From the NCBI RefSeq assembly GCF_001194135.2, contig NC_069000.1, forward strand, positions 26,361,781 through 26,425,780: a stretch of DNA of 64,000 bases, given 5' to 3'. Source of the DNA: Octopus bimaculoides (Eukaryota). The translations under genes were made by a program, and so were the position numbers. This document shows positions 63,737-64,000 of this stretch, in pieces (the first letter of the stretch is position 1; each line of letters starts with the position of its first letter). The notes below the pieces were generated by a model. It was not told the origin of the DNA and made no database searches. It saw only the letters and a program-made list of their open reading frames with translations.

Positions 63737-64000
63737 AATGAAAGATGGAAAATGGAATATACAAGAATATATATAAAATAGAGCCAGAGTGAGGGGTGAA
63801 GGTAGAGGAGATAAATGACAAAGAGAGCATCATATTAATGAGAAAGGAAGGGGTGATAGATGAATAACGAAGGCAGGAGTGAAAAAGCTGATAAACCACG
63901 TTTGAAGTTTGAGTATATGTGTGTGTAAAAGAGAGGTATGTTTGCGTGCTTGTGTGTGTGTGTGTGTGTGTGTCGTCGTCGTTTAACGTCCGCTTTCCAT

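Noticed and set aside
2778-63899. Long ORF-track entries with X runs (e.g. 5673..6590, 45271..45819, 63302..63781)
   Set aside because: They read through N gaps and are not evidence of coding sequence.

Overview
AT-rich eukaryotic draft-scaffold window with 7 N-gaps. The SINE/RTE repertoire and (TTAGGG) motifs suggest an octopus genome; this is inference from recognised repeat families, not a database result. One host protein-coding gene is supported: NAA50 (NatE catalytic subunit, San), on the minus strand. It has 5 coding exons (44718-44725, 21166-21302, 18466-18585, 16492-16558, 14111-14285; 168 aa), a 23.4-kb first intron and a CpG-rich promoter near 44.8 kb. Nearly everything else is decayed or nested transposable elements: two Gypsy LTR elements, a Helitron fragment, RTE and R4/Dong LINE pieces, hAT-Charlie, piggyBac, Tc1/mariner, MITEs and two tRNA-derived SINE families. 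The most interesting signal is a 130-bp-arm palindrome (61099-61409) next to the Helitron ORF start. Each arm carries a minimal type-I hammerhead ribozyme of the Penelope-like-element (PLE) kind with an intact core. A second, core-variant hammerhead (57343-57378) sits at the other end of the same Helitron fragment. No rRNA, true tRNA or CRISPR array was found. Many TE boundaries were placed by eye and are approximate unless a TSD or TIR is cited.
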